Below are positions 1-8,180 of a stretch of 64,000 bases of DNA, one piece after another. Each line of letters starts with the position of its first letter. The first letter of the stretch is position 1. The notes beneath the pieces were generated by a model, which had not been told where the DNA came from, did no database searches, and saw nothing but the letters and a program-made list of their open reading frames with translations. The DNA lies in the NCBI GenBank assembly GCA_028697455.1, contig JAQVEZ010000001.1:3902-67901 (forward strand), written 5' to 3'. The position numbers were made by a program, and so were the translations under genes. Source of the stretch: Minisyncoccota bacterium (GTDB taxonomy: Bacteria; Patescibacteriota; Minisyncoccia; Phycocordibacterales; UBA1006).

Positions 1-42
1 CGTAAAGAAGGGCTTATTTTTTAATTAGTAATTATTTTATAT

Positions 43-738
43 ATGTCAGAGAATAATGTAGAACAAAAAACACCTGCACCAGGTGGAACAACAGGAGCTG
101 ATACTTCTTCTCAAAGAGGAAGAGGGGGAGCTCGTCGGGCAATGGGGAAAAAACCTCCTTTCCGAAAAAATTCTCGTTTTAAATCAGAGCGACCAGCTCC
201 TGAATTTGAACAGAAAATTATTAACATCAGTCGAGTTACTCGAGTGGTAAAGGGGGGAAGACGTCTTTCTTTCCGTGTTGATATGGTTATTGGAGACAAG
301 AAAGGGCGCATCGGACTCGGGTCAGGAAAAGCAACTGATACTTCCTTGGCAATTCAAAAAGCTTTTGCTCAAGCAAAAAAGAATCTTATTAAGGTTCGTT
401 TGACTAAAGCAAATTCTTTGGAGCACGCGGTCTCAGGGAAAGTTACTTCTTCATACGTTGATATTATGCCAAACCGTGGGCGAGGGCTTATTGCTGGATC
501 AACAGCACGAACCGTTTTCCAATTAGCTGGAATTACTGATACGACTGCAAAATTCCACTCTCGCTCAAAAAATAAACTTAATAATGCAAAAGCAACAATT
601 CTAGCTCTACAAACTTTTGCAATTCCGTTTGAGCCTGTCGTAAGACAAACAAACGAGGAAAAAGGTCGATTTTTTACCCAAGGTAATAGAGATAATCGAG
701 GGGGAAGAGAGCGAAAAAGCTTTTCTCCACAATCATAG
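43..738 (+). CDS. rpsE: 30S ribosomal protein S5 with Arg/Gly-rich N-terminal extension and ~60-aa C-terminal extension
   Basis: Core S5 motif INISRVTRVVKGGRRLSFRVDMVIGDKKGRIGLGSGKA...IKVRL is present. 231 aa versus ~166 aa typical. Lies at the start of an rpsE-rplO-secY block. Confidence 0.9.
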   Translation: MSENNVEQKTPAPGGTTGADTSSQRGRGGARRAMGKKPPFRKNSRFKSERPAPEFEQKIINISRVTRVVKGGRRLSFRVDMVIGDKKGRIGLGSGKATDTSLAIQKAFAQAKKNLIKVRLTKANSLEHAVSGKVTSSYVDIMPNRGRGLIAGSTARTVFQLAGITDTTAKFHSRSKNKLNNAKATILALQTFAIPFEPVVRQTNEEKGRFFTQGNRDNRGGRERKSFSPQS

Positions 739-741
739 CTT

Positions 742-1185
742 ATGCAAATTCACGAAATCAGGAGAGAATCTCCTAATAAAAAAAGTAGACGAGTTGGACG
801 CGGAGGAATAAGAGGAAAAACCTCAGGAAGAGGACACAAGGGACAAAAGCAACACGGAAGCCACGGAATGCGTCCAGAAATACGTGACCAGATCAAGAAA
901 ATTCCTAAACTTCGAGGACGAGGGAAAAACTCTTTGAAATCTATCAAGAGTAATAACATTGCTATCAACGTTTCTTTTATTGAAAAAAACTTTAAAGATG
1001 GTGCTGTTGTTTCTCCGCTTCATCTTCTTGAAGAAGGGTTTATTTCTCAGTATGTATTCAAAAATGCTGATGTAAAGATTTTAGGAAATGGAGATCTTAA
1101 TAAAAAAGTAACCGTTGAAGGATGTCTTGTTTCAAAATCTGCAGAAGAAAAAATTATTAAAGCAGGGGGAAAAATTTTAGCGTAG
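742..1185 (+). CDS. rplO: 50S ribosomal protein L15
   Basis: N-terminal RVGRGGIRGKTSGRGHKGQKQHGS glycine/basic motif typical of L15. Follows S5 directly, with no L30 gene between them. Confidence 0.85.
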   Translation: MQIHEIRRESPNKKSRRVGRGGIRGKTSGRGHKGQKQHGSHGMRPEIRDQIKKIPKLRGRGKNSLKSIKSNNIAINVSFIEKNFKDGAVVSPLHLLEEGFISQYVFKNADVKILGNGDLNKKVTVEGCLVSKSAEEKIIKAGGKILA

Positions 1186-1188
1186 TTA

Positions 1189-2466
1189 GTGCCTATGGAA
1201 ACTATCACAAGAAAATTTAAAATTATTTTAAAAGATGTTTCATTACGAAACGCAATTTTATTCACCCTTGCTATTCTTATTGGATTTCGATTTTTGGCAT
1301 CAATTCCTGTTCCAGGGGTTGATCCTATTGTTCTTCAACAATTCCTTCTCGATAATCAATTTTTTGGATTCTTGAATCTCTTTTCTGGAGGAGGGTTGTC
1401 ACAACTTTCCCTTGTTGTCTTGGGAGTAGGTCCATACATTACAGCATCGATTATCATGCAGCTTATGACGACCGTATCCTCAAAGCTTAAGTCTTTGTAC
1501 CATGAAGAAGGCTCATTGGGACGAAAGAAATTCAACAGCTATTCTCGCTGGTTGATGCTCCCCATTTCTCTTGTTCAGGGGTTTGGAATTTTGACTTTGT
1601 TGGCTCGTCAAGGAGCTTTGCCAGAGCTTTCTTTGGGAGGCTTCATTGCTAATGTTATTATCGTTACTGCGGGGGCCTTCTTGCTTACTTGGATGGGAGA
1701 GCTCATTACAGAGTTTGGGGTAGGGAACGGAGTTTCTTTGCTTATCTTTGCGGGAATCGTTGCTTCACTTCCAAGTGTTTTGTGGCAATTTACCCAATCA
1801 TACATGCCATCAGAACTCTTTAATTATATTTTGTATGTACTCTTTATTTTGGTAGTGATTGTTGCTGTTGTTTTGGTTAACGAGGCCGAAAGGCGTGTTC
1901 CTATTACTTACTCTAAACAGGTAAGAGGAATGAACACGTATGGAGGGTCTGATACTTATGTTCCAATAAAACTCAATCAAGCCGGGGTGATGCCTATTAT
2001 TTTTGCTATGTCTATTTTGCTTTTTCCACAAATGATTGCGAATTGGCTTATTAGTTCTGATATTACGATTCTCTCCACTATTTCAAGATTCGTTCTCATG
2101 ATATTGGAGCACAACATTTGGTATCCATTGGTGTACTTTATTCTTGTATTTGGGTTTACGTATTTCTATACTGCAATTACTTTCGACCCAGAAGCGATGT
2201 CCGAAAATCTTCATAAATCAGGAGCCTTTATTCCAGGTATTCGACCAGGGAATTCAACCGAAGATTATATTGCAAAAGTAGCATCACGACTTACTTTTAC
2301 GGGAGCGATATTCCTTGGAATTATTGCCGTCCTTCCTATTATTGTCCTCTCCTTTACCGGAAACTCTTCAATTGCAATTGGAGGAACGGGAATTTTGATT
2401 GTGGTATCAGTAGTGCTTGATCTTATCAAAAAGATCGATGCTCAGGTTGCCATGCGACAATATTAG
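1189..2466 (+). CDS. secY: Preprotein translocase subunit SecY
   Basis: 10-TM protein with the SecY signature LGVGPYITASIIMQLMT. Canonical position after rplO. Confidence 0.9.
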   Translation: MPMETITRKFKIILKDVSLRNAILFTLAILIGFRFLASIPVPGVDPIVLQQFLLDNQFFGFLNLFSGGGLSQLSLVVLGVGPYITASIIMQLMTTVSSKLKSLYHEEGSLGRKKFNSYSRWLMLPISLVQGFGILTLLARQGALPELSLGGFIANVIIVTAGAFLLTWMGELITEFGVGNGVSLLIFAGIVASLPSVLWQFTQSYMPSELFNYILYVLFILVVIVAVVLVNEAERRVPITYSKQVRGMNTYGGSDTYVPIKLNQAGVMPIIFAMSILLFPQMIANWLISSDITILSTISRFVLMILEHNIWYPLVYFILVFGFTYFYTAITFDPEAMSENLHKSGAFIPGIRPGNSTEDYIAKVASRLTFTGAIFLGIIAVLPIIVLSFTGNSSIAIGGTGILIVVSVVLDLIKKIDAQVAMRQY

Positions 2467-2492
2467 TTTAGTTATTTAATTATTATAAAAAT

Positions 2493-4637
2493 ATGCAACG
2501 AGATTATCCTTTAGAAAAAGTAAGAAACTTTGGTATTGTTGCCCACGTAGATGCGGGAAAAACAACAACGACCGAAAGAATTCTTTACTATACGGGGCGC
2601 TCTCATAAGATGGGGGAGACCCATGATGGAAGTGCTGTAATGGACTGGATGGAGCAAGAACAAGAGCGAGGAATCACCATTACCTCTGCAGCAACAACTT
2701 GTTTTTGGACTCCTACTTATGATCCTACCAACCAACAATTAAAACATCGTTTTAATATTATTGACACACCAGGTCACGTGGACTTTACCGCAGAGGTTGA
2801 GCGGTCTCTTAAGGTACTTGATGGGGCGGTTGTTGTTTTTGATGGACAGGCTGGGGTTGAACCACAGTCTGAAACCGTTTGGCGACAGGCAGACAAATAT
2901 CACGTTCCACGAATGTGTTTTATCAACAAACTTGATAAGGTTGGAGCTGATTTTGACAAGGCCTTTCAGTCTATTATTAATAGACTTACACCACACGCTG
3001 TTATGGCTCAAATCCCTGTAGGATTTGAATCAAGTCTTTCTGGGGTTGTTGACCTTCTTACTATGAAAGCGTATCGCTTTGAGGGAAATATGGGGAATGA
3101 AATCATTGAGTTTGATATCCCAGAAGATCTCAAGGCACGAGCAGAAGAAAAAAGAGCTCTCTTCGTTGAAAAAATTATTGAAAACAACGAAGAGCTCATG
3201 AATGCATATTTTGAAGGAGAAGAAATTCCTTTGGATAAACTAAAAAGTGAACTCAGAAAACAAGTTATAGCCAATAATCTTGTTCCTGTTTTTGGAGGAT
3301 CTTCCTTCAAAAACATCGGAGTCCAGCTTGTTCTCAACGCCGTTGTGGATTATATGCCATCACCTGTTGATATTCCTCCAGTAAAAGGAAAGAATGCAAA
3401 AACAGGAGAAGAAGTTGAGAGAAAAGCTTCTGATAGTGAACCTTTTTCAGCTCTTGCCTTCAAACTCGCAGTGGATCCTTTCGTAGGGCAGATTACTTTC
3501 TTACGTATTTATTCTGGAGTTTTGGAAGCAGGTTCTTATGTTCTAAACACACGAACAGGGGATAAAGAGCGTGTTGGGCGATTACTTCAAATGCATGCTA
3601 ACGAGAGAGAAGAGGTAAAAGCTGCGTATGCTGGAGAAATTGTTGCAGCGGTTGGGCTTAAAGATATTAAAACCTCTGATACCTTGTGTGACCCAGCATC
3701 ACCTGTTATCCTCGATGAAATTATTTTCCCTGAACCAGTGGTTTCTCTCAAGATTGAACCAAAGACAAAAGCCGATCAGGAAAAAATGGGTATTGCTCTT
3801 TCTCGTCTTGCAGCAGAAGATCCAACCTTCAAGGTTTCAACTGATGCAGAAACTCTTGATACGGTGATTTCAGGGATGGGAGAACTTCACCTTGATATTA
3901 TTGTAGAAAGAATGAAGAGAGAGTTCGGTGTTGAGGCTAACGTCGGAGCTCCTCAGGTTGCATACCGAGAAACCATCCTTGGAAATGCAAGTGCAGAAGA
4001 GAAATACATCAAACAATCAGGAGGACGTGGTCAATATGGACACGTTAAGATTAATATCTCACCACTTCGCGAACTTGCAGAAGGGGAAACTCTTCCAAAG
4101 AATGTCAAACGAGACGAAGATGGATTTGAATTTGTTAATAATATCAAGGGAGGAGTTATTCCAAGTGAATATATTCCAGCTTGTGAAAAAGGATTCAAAG
4201 AAGGAATGCAACGCGGTGTTGTTGCAGGATATCCAATGGTAAATGTGTCTGTTGATTTGTACGATGGAACCTATCATGAAGTCGACTCCTCTGAAATTGC
4301 CTTTAAGATTGCTTCTTCAAAAGCTTTCCAAGATGCTGCTCGACAAGCGAATCCAGTTCTCCTCGAACCTATGATGAAGGTTGAGGTGGTTGTTCCAGAA
4401 GAACACATCGGAGACGTTACGGGAGATATTTCTTCAAAGAGAGGACTCGTTGAAGGAGTTGATGAAAAAGGAATGGTCCAAGCAGTTCGAGCAACTGTTC
4501 CGTTGTCTGAAATGTTTGGATATATTAATAACTTACGATCGATGACATCAGGGCGAGGACAGTTTACTATGGAGTTCTCACGTTATGATGTTGTTCCAAA
4601 AAACGTTGCAGATGAAATCATAAAAAAACGAAGCTAA
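2493..4637 (+). CDS. fusA: Elongation factor G
   Basis: G-domain [32 protein letters not shown] and NKLDK motifs. 714 aa. Confidence 0.9.
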   Translation: MQRDYPLEKVRNFGIVAHVDAGKTTTTERILYYTGRSHKMGETHDGSAVMDWMEQEQERGITITSAATTCFWTPTYDPTNQQLKHRFNIIDTPGHVDFTAEVERSLKVLDGAVVVFDGQAGVEPQSETVWRQADKYHVPRMCFINKLDKVGADFDKAFQSIINRLTPHAVMAQIPVGFESSLSGVVDLLTMKAYRFEGNMGNEIIEFDIPEDLKARAEEKRALFVEKIIENNEELMNAYFEGEEIPLDKLKSELRKQVIANNLVPVFGGSSFKNIGVQLVLNAVVDYMPSPVDIPPVKGKNAKTGEEVERKASDSEPFSALAFKLAVDPFVGQITFLRIYSGVLEAGSYVLNTRTGDKERVGRLLQMHANEREEVKAAYAGEIVAAVGLKDIKTSDTLCDPASPVILDEIIFPEPVVSLKIEPKTKADQEKMGIALSRLAAEDPTFKVSTDAETLDTVISGMGELHLDIIVERMKREFGVEANVGAPQVAYRETILGNASAEEKYIKQSGGRGQYGHVKINISPLRELAEGETLPKNVKRDEDGFEFVNNIKGGVIPSEYIPACEKGFKEGMQRGVVAGYPMVNVSVDLYDGTYHEVDSSEIAFKIASSKAFQDAARQANPVLLEPMMKVEVVVPEEHIGDVTGDISSKRGLVEGVDEKGMVQAVRATVPLSEMFGYINNLRSMTSGRGQFTMEFSRYDVVPKNVADEIIKKRS

Positions 4638-4689
4638 GCTTTGTTTTTTTTATTTATCTACAGATTATTTTATTTTGTGCAAAAAAACT

Positions 4690-4727
4690 TGCATCGGGGG
4701 GGGGGCAGGACGATATACTAGAAAGGT
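4690..4727 (+). promoter_or_regulatory. Putative promoter with a 10-G homopolymeric tract (approx 4696-4705) abutting a TATACT -10 element, 8 nt before the start codon
   Basis: Sequence gcatcGGGGGGGGGGcaggacgaTATACTagaaaggtATG. An almost identical arrangement is found at 26405-26447. Confidence 0.45.
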
Positions 4728-5279
4728 ATGAATAAATACGTAAAAATATTATTAGTAGCTTCATCCTTATTTTTTGGAGGAGCTGGAATATTATCAGCAC
4801 AGGAGATAGAGTGGTCAGAACCTTTTGCTGATCCATCAGGATATATTATTGAATGGGGCTCAGTAACTTACGGAAACAACACCTTCGTTGCGGTGGGGTA
4901 TAATTATAATACTTATAAAGGAATGATCATGACTTCATCTGACGGAACCACTTGGTCAGGACCTTTTGCTGATCCTTCAGAAAATAATATTTATTGGGGC
5001 TCAGTAACTTACGGAAACAACACCTTCGTTGCGGTGGGGTATAATGGTGGTACTGGTAAAGGAATGACCATGTATTCACTTAACAACGAGATAGTAGATT
5101 CTTCTGTTTCAAAACACTCAAGCATCTTCGGAACTCGCTTCTGCTCAGATACGGTAACTACCTTTTGTAGACCTAAGAGTGGATTTATCAACAACATTCC
5201 ATTGATTAGTATCTATACTGAACTCTTGGGGCTCTATCAACAACTCCTTTCTGCAATGCAAGGCGGAAACAGCTTATAA
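4728..5279 (+). CDS. Secreted BNR/Asp-box repeat protein (short paralog) with a conserved cysteine-containing C-terminal domain
   Basis: Signal peptide MNKYVKILLVASSLFFGGAGILSA. Two near-identical ~45-aa repeats (EPFADPSGYIIEWGSVTYGNNTFVAVGYN), one carrying the Asp-box SSDGTTW. The C-terminal ~50 aa (SSIFGTRFC...VTTFCRP..GF.NN.PL..IYTELLGLYQQLL) is shared with ORF 26448-27764. Confidence 0.6.
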   Translation: MNKYVKILLVASSLFFGGAGILSAQEIEWSEPFADPSGYIIEWGSVTYGNNTFVAVGYNYNTYKGMIMTSSDGTTWSGPFADPSENNIYWGSVTYGNNTFVAVGYNGGTGKGMTMYSLNNEIVDSSVSKHSSIFGTRFCSDTVTTFCRPKSGFINNIPLISIYTELLGLYQQLLSAMQGGNSL

Positions 5280-5295
5280 AAGCTGTTTTTTTATT
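5264..5295 (+). terminator. Rho-independent terminator hairpin aaacagctt-ataa-aagctgttt followed by a T-run
   Basis: Inverted repeat followed by TTTTTTT. The sequence is conserved with the terminator after the paralog at 27752-27782. Confidence 0.5.
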
Positions 5296-5304
5296 TGGCT
5301 TTTC

Positions 5305-5868
5305 TTGTATGATAGTGATATGCATTACATTATTGGTCTTGGAAATACAGGAGCATCTTATCAAAATACTCAACACAATATTGCGTGGATTATTTTTGAT
5401 TCCGAGAAGGCTCTTGAGTGGAAATCTGAAAAGCTTCTTCCTGGTGAGTTAGGAGTTTTTGAAGGTGACCTTTATATTAAGCCCTCAACTTTTGTTAATA
5501 ATTCAGGGAAAGTGCTTCCTTTTTTGAAAAAAAAAGGGCTTTCTCATTATGAAGATCTTGTGGTGGTGCACGATGATATTGATCTTCCTTTTGGAAAAAT
5601 CAAAATATCTTATGGGCATGGAGACGGAGGACATAACGGAATAAAGTCATTCATACAGCATGCCAAGACAAAGAATTTTATACGAATCAGGGTTGGAGTT
5701 GCTGTGGAAAAGAATGGGGTTTTTTATAAACCAAATGTTCTTGCACCTTTTGACAAAAAAGCACTAGAAGAAATATCAACGGTATTAGCCCCAAGGGTTT
5801 TTGCTATTATAAAATCTCTTAGAACAGAAGGCTTAGAAAAAACCATGAATATTTTTAACACAAAATAA
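5305..5868 (+). CDS. pth: Peptidyl-tRNA hydrolase
   Basis: N-terminal IIGLGNTGASYQNTQHNIAWII matches the Pth GLGNPG..Y..TRHN motif. The true start may be M at 5320. Confidence 0.8.
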   Translation: MYDSDMHYIIGLGNTGASYQNTQHNIAWIIFDSEKALEWKSEKLLPGELGVFEGDLYIKPSTFVNNSGKVLPFLKKKGLSHYEDLVVVHDDIDLPFGKIKISYGHGDGGHNGIKSFIQHAKTKNFIRIRVGVAVEKNGVFYKPNVLAPFDKKALEEISTVLAPRVFAIIKSLRTEGLEKTMNIFNTK

Positions 5869-5892
5869 AAAGCCTCTACGGCTTTTTATTTT
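5866..5892. terminator. Bidirectional hairpin terminator between convergent pth and rpsA
   Basis: aaaagcc-tctac-ggctttt flanked by A-run and T-run. Confidence 0.45.
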
Positions 5893-6965
5893 TCTTCTTT
5901 TTTGAAAGAAAGAGTAAGTTTTTGTTCTTTGGGTTCGAAGGTTGTTATGGTGAAATCATACGCTTGTCCCAAGCCAAGTTTGGTTTTGAGATCTTTTTCA
6001 GATTCAAATTCTGAAATATGTACCAATCCCGCAACTCCTTGCTCGATAGAAACAAGAGCTCCGTGTTTGTTATGTTTGATAACAACACCATTAACGGTTT
6101 GTCCTACTTTGTATTTTCCTTCAACAGATTTCCATGGGTTTTCGCTAAGTGCTTTTATTGAGAATGAAATTTTTCCGTCCTTTATTTCAATAATTTTTGC
6201 ACGAACCATGTCTCCTGCTTTGTAAAGTGTTCGTGGGTTTTCAACGAGTGACCAATCCATTTCTGAAATGTGCACAAGCCCCTCAACACCTTCTTCGAGT
6301 TTTAAGAAAATTCCAAAATCAACAATACCGGTAACTTCGCACTCGAGGATATCTCCGACTGAGTATTTTGAAGGAACTGATTTTTCTTTTGCGTTTGCCC
6401 GTTCTCCTCGTTCAGAGAAGATAAGTTTCCCTTCTTTTGGATTTACAGAAAGAATACTTACTTGTAATTTTTGCCCAACAAGTTTTTTGAGTTGATTAAC
6501 AATAGCATCTTTGTCTCCAGATTCAACTTTTGGATAGTGCTCTGCATTGAGCTGTGATGCTGGAAGGAAACCAGAGATCCCATTCCAATCAAGCATGAGC
6601 CCTCCTTTGTTCGCTTCTTTTACGACAATTTCAAGAATCTCCCCTGATTTGAGTGATGTTTCTGCTTCTCCCCAAGCAAGAGCTTGTTTTGCCTCTCGAA
6701 GAGAAAGCTCCACATAACCATCTTCGTTTTCGATATTTACGATTTTTGCCTTGATGGTGTCTCCTGCGTTGAGTTCACGGATCATGTCTCTTGCTACGAG
6801 ATACTCTTTACCGTAAATAACTCCAGTCCCAAACGGAACAAGTTCAACAAAAACCTGTGTTCCTTGGATGCTAATAACTTTTCCCTCAACGAGGGCACCT
6901 TCTTCTGTTTTTTGTTCTTCTTTTTGAGAAAGAAGTTTTTCAAAAAGATTCTTTATATCTGACAT
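5886..6965 (-). CDS. rpsA: 30S ribosomal protein S1 (four S1 domains)
   Basis: Repeated S1-domain signatures (GDIL.G.V..I.DFG.F..L..G.EGLVHISE). Confidence 0.85.
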   Translation of the reverse strand: MSDIKNLFEKLLSQKEEQKTEEGALVEGKVISIQGTQVFVELVPFGTGVIYGKEYLVARDMIRELNAGDTIKAKIVNIENEDGYVELSLREAKQALAWGEAETSLKSGEILEIVVKEANKGGLMLDWNGISGFLPASQLNAEHYPKVESGDKDAIVNQLKKLVGQKLQVSILSVNPKEGKLIFSERGERANAKEKSVPSKYSVGDILECEVTGIVDFGIFLKLEEGVEGLVHISEMDWSLVENPRTLYKAGDMVRAKIIEIKDGKISFSIKALSENPWKSVEGKYKVGQTVNGVVIKHNKHGALVSIEQGVAGLVHISEFESEKDLKTKLGLGQAYDFTITTFEPKEQKLTLSFKKEEK

Positions 6966-7158
6966 GTTTTAAAAAAAATAACCGCAAAAAAGCGGTCTCC
7001 TATTTATTTCTGCGTTTCTTCATCAAGAGAAGGAAAGAGGTCATATGAAGGGGTTACGCAAAAACCGCTAATAATTATTTAGGATAAGTAAACTATATAT
7101 TTTTTCTAAAAAAAATCAAGAGATACAAAATATCTCCTTTTTATGCTATAATAGAGCC

Positions 7159-7797
7159 ATGATAATAACATATTACGGAAAGCAATTTTTTAAACTTCAG
7201 CACGGAGATTTTACCTTGGCAATAAATCCATTGTCAAAAGACAACACTTTGGGGATAAAACCCGCAAAATTTGGCTCACAATTGGCGTTGAGTTCACTGC
7301 ATCATAAAGACTTTAATGGCTTTGAAGCCGTGACATATAATGGGGAAGAGCCTTTTCTTATTTACGGTCCAGGGAGCTATGAGATTAAGGGATATACCTT
7401 TGACGGTTTTCCGAGCGAAGCAAACATCGATGGTAAGTCATATATCAATACTATTTATTTTTTTACCATGGAGGATATTTCTTTTTGTTTTCTTGGAGAT
7501 ATTTTTGACGAACATATTGATCAAAAAGTAAAAGAGTTTATCGAAACCGTTGATGTTATTTTTGTCCCTATAGGAGGAAAGGGGACTCTCGATCCTATCC
7601 AGGCATCTAAAGTTATTCGCTATTTTTCACCGAAAGTTATTATTCCTATGGACTTTGGAAAAGACCGTGATTCAAAAGTCCTTGAGGTTTTTCTTAAGGA
7701 AATGTCATCACATGCAAAAGAAGAAGCAAAATATGTTTTCAAGAAGAAAGATCTTGAGACCTTAAACAATCACGTAGTCCTTCTCAAAGCTCAATAA
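7159..7797 (+). CDS. MBL-fold metal-dependent hydrolase-like protein (UPF0173-like); His motif appears degenerate
   Basis: N-terminus MIITYYGKQFFKLQHGDFTLAINP resembles MKITYLGHACFLIE...ILIDP of YtkL/UlaG-like hydrolases, but no clear HxHxDH motif is visible. Confidence 0.35.
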   Translation: MIITYYGKQFFKLQHGDFTLAINPLSKDNTLGIKPAKFGSQLALSSLHHKDFNGFEAVTYNGEEPFLIYGPGSYEIKGYTFDGFPSEANIDGKSYINTIYFFTMEDISFCFLGDIFDEHIDQKVKEFIETVDVIFVPIGGKGTLDPIQASKVIRYFSPKVIIPMDFGKDRDSKVLEVFLKEMSSHAKEEAKYVFKKKDLETLNNHVVLLKAQ

Positions 7798-7802
7798 TTT
7801 TT

Positions 7803-8156
7803 ATGAAAAGTTTATTCAAGAAATTGAATACTTATCCCGAAGGACTAAAAAAGAAAATAATTCTTTTTTGTGCTGGAGGGGCAACACTTCTATTGTTAGT
7901 GTTTTGGTTTATTCTCACAAGTATTTTTCCGAAAGAGGAACAACAAAACACAGGAGACAGCTTTGAGCTTATTAATGGTTTTGTGAATACCATTTCGAAT
8001 ATGGCTTCTGAGGGGAGCTATCAAGATGACATTTTTTTTACTGAGGATTTAGAACAGCAAACGCAAGAAACTCTCGGCTCAGGAGAAATACCGCAAGAAA
8101 TATTAGAAGAAGCAGTACAAGAAACACAGCAAGGAAACACAAAGGAAACTCTTTAG
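7803..8156 (+). CDS. Hypothetical membrane-anchored protein with acidic C-terminal tail
   Basis: One N-terminal TM (ILFCAGGATLLLLVFWFILTSIF). The C-terminal half is rich in E/Q/T. Confidence 0.4.
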   Translation: MKSLFKKLNTYPEGLKKKIILFCAGGATLLLLVFWFILTSIFPKEEQQNTGDSFELINGFVNTISNMASEGSYQDDIFFTEDLEQQTQETLGSGEIPQEILEEAVQETQQGNTKETL

Positions 8157-8180
8157 TTTATTTTATTTTTACCAAAAATT

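Noticed and set aside
111-4277. Multiple 60-110-aa antisense or out-of-frame ORFs inside rpsE, rplO, secY, fusA (e.g. 111-311, 750-968, 2739-3011, 3008-3337)
   Set aside because: They are embedded in well-supported conserved genes and have biased low-complexity translations; these are ORF-finder noise. The same applies to comparable small ORFs inside gyrA, clpB, valS, ftsZ, priA, murD and others.
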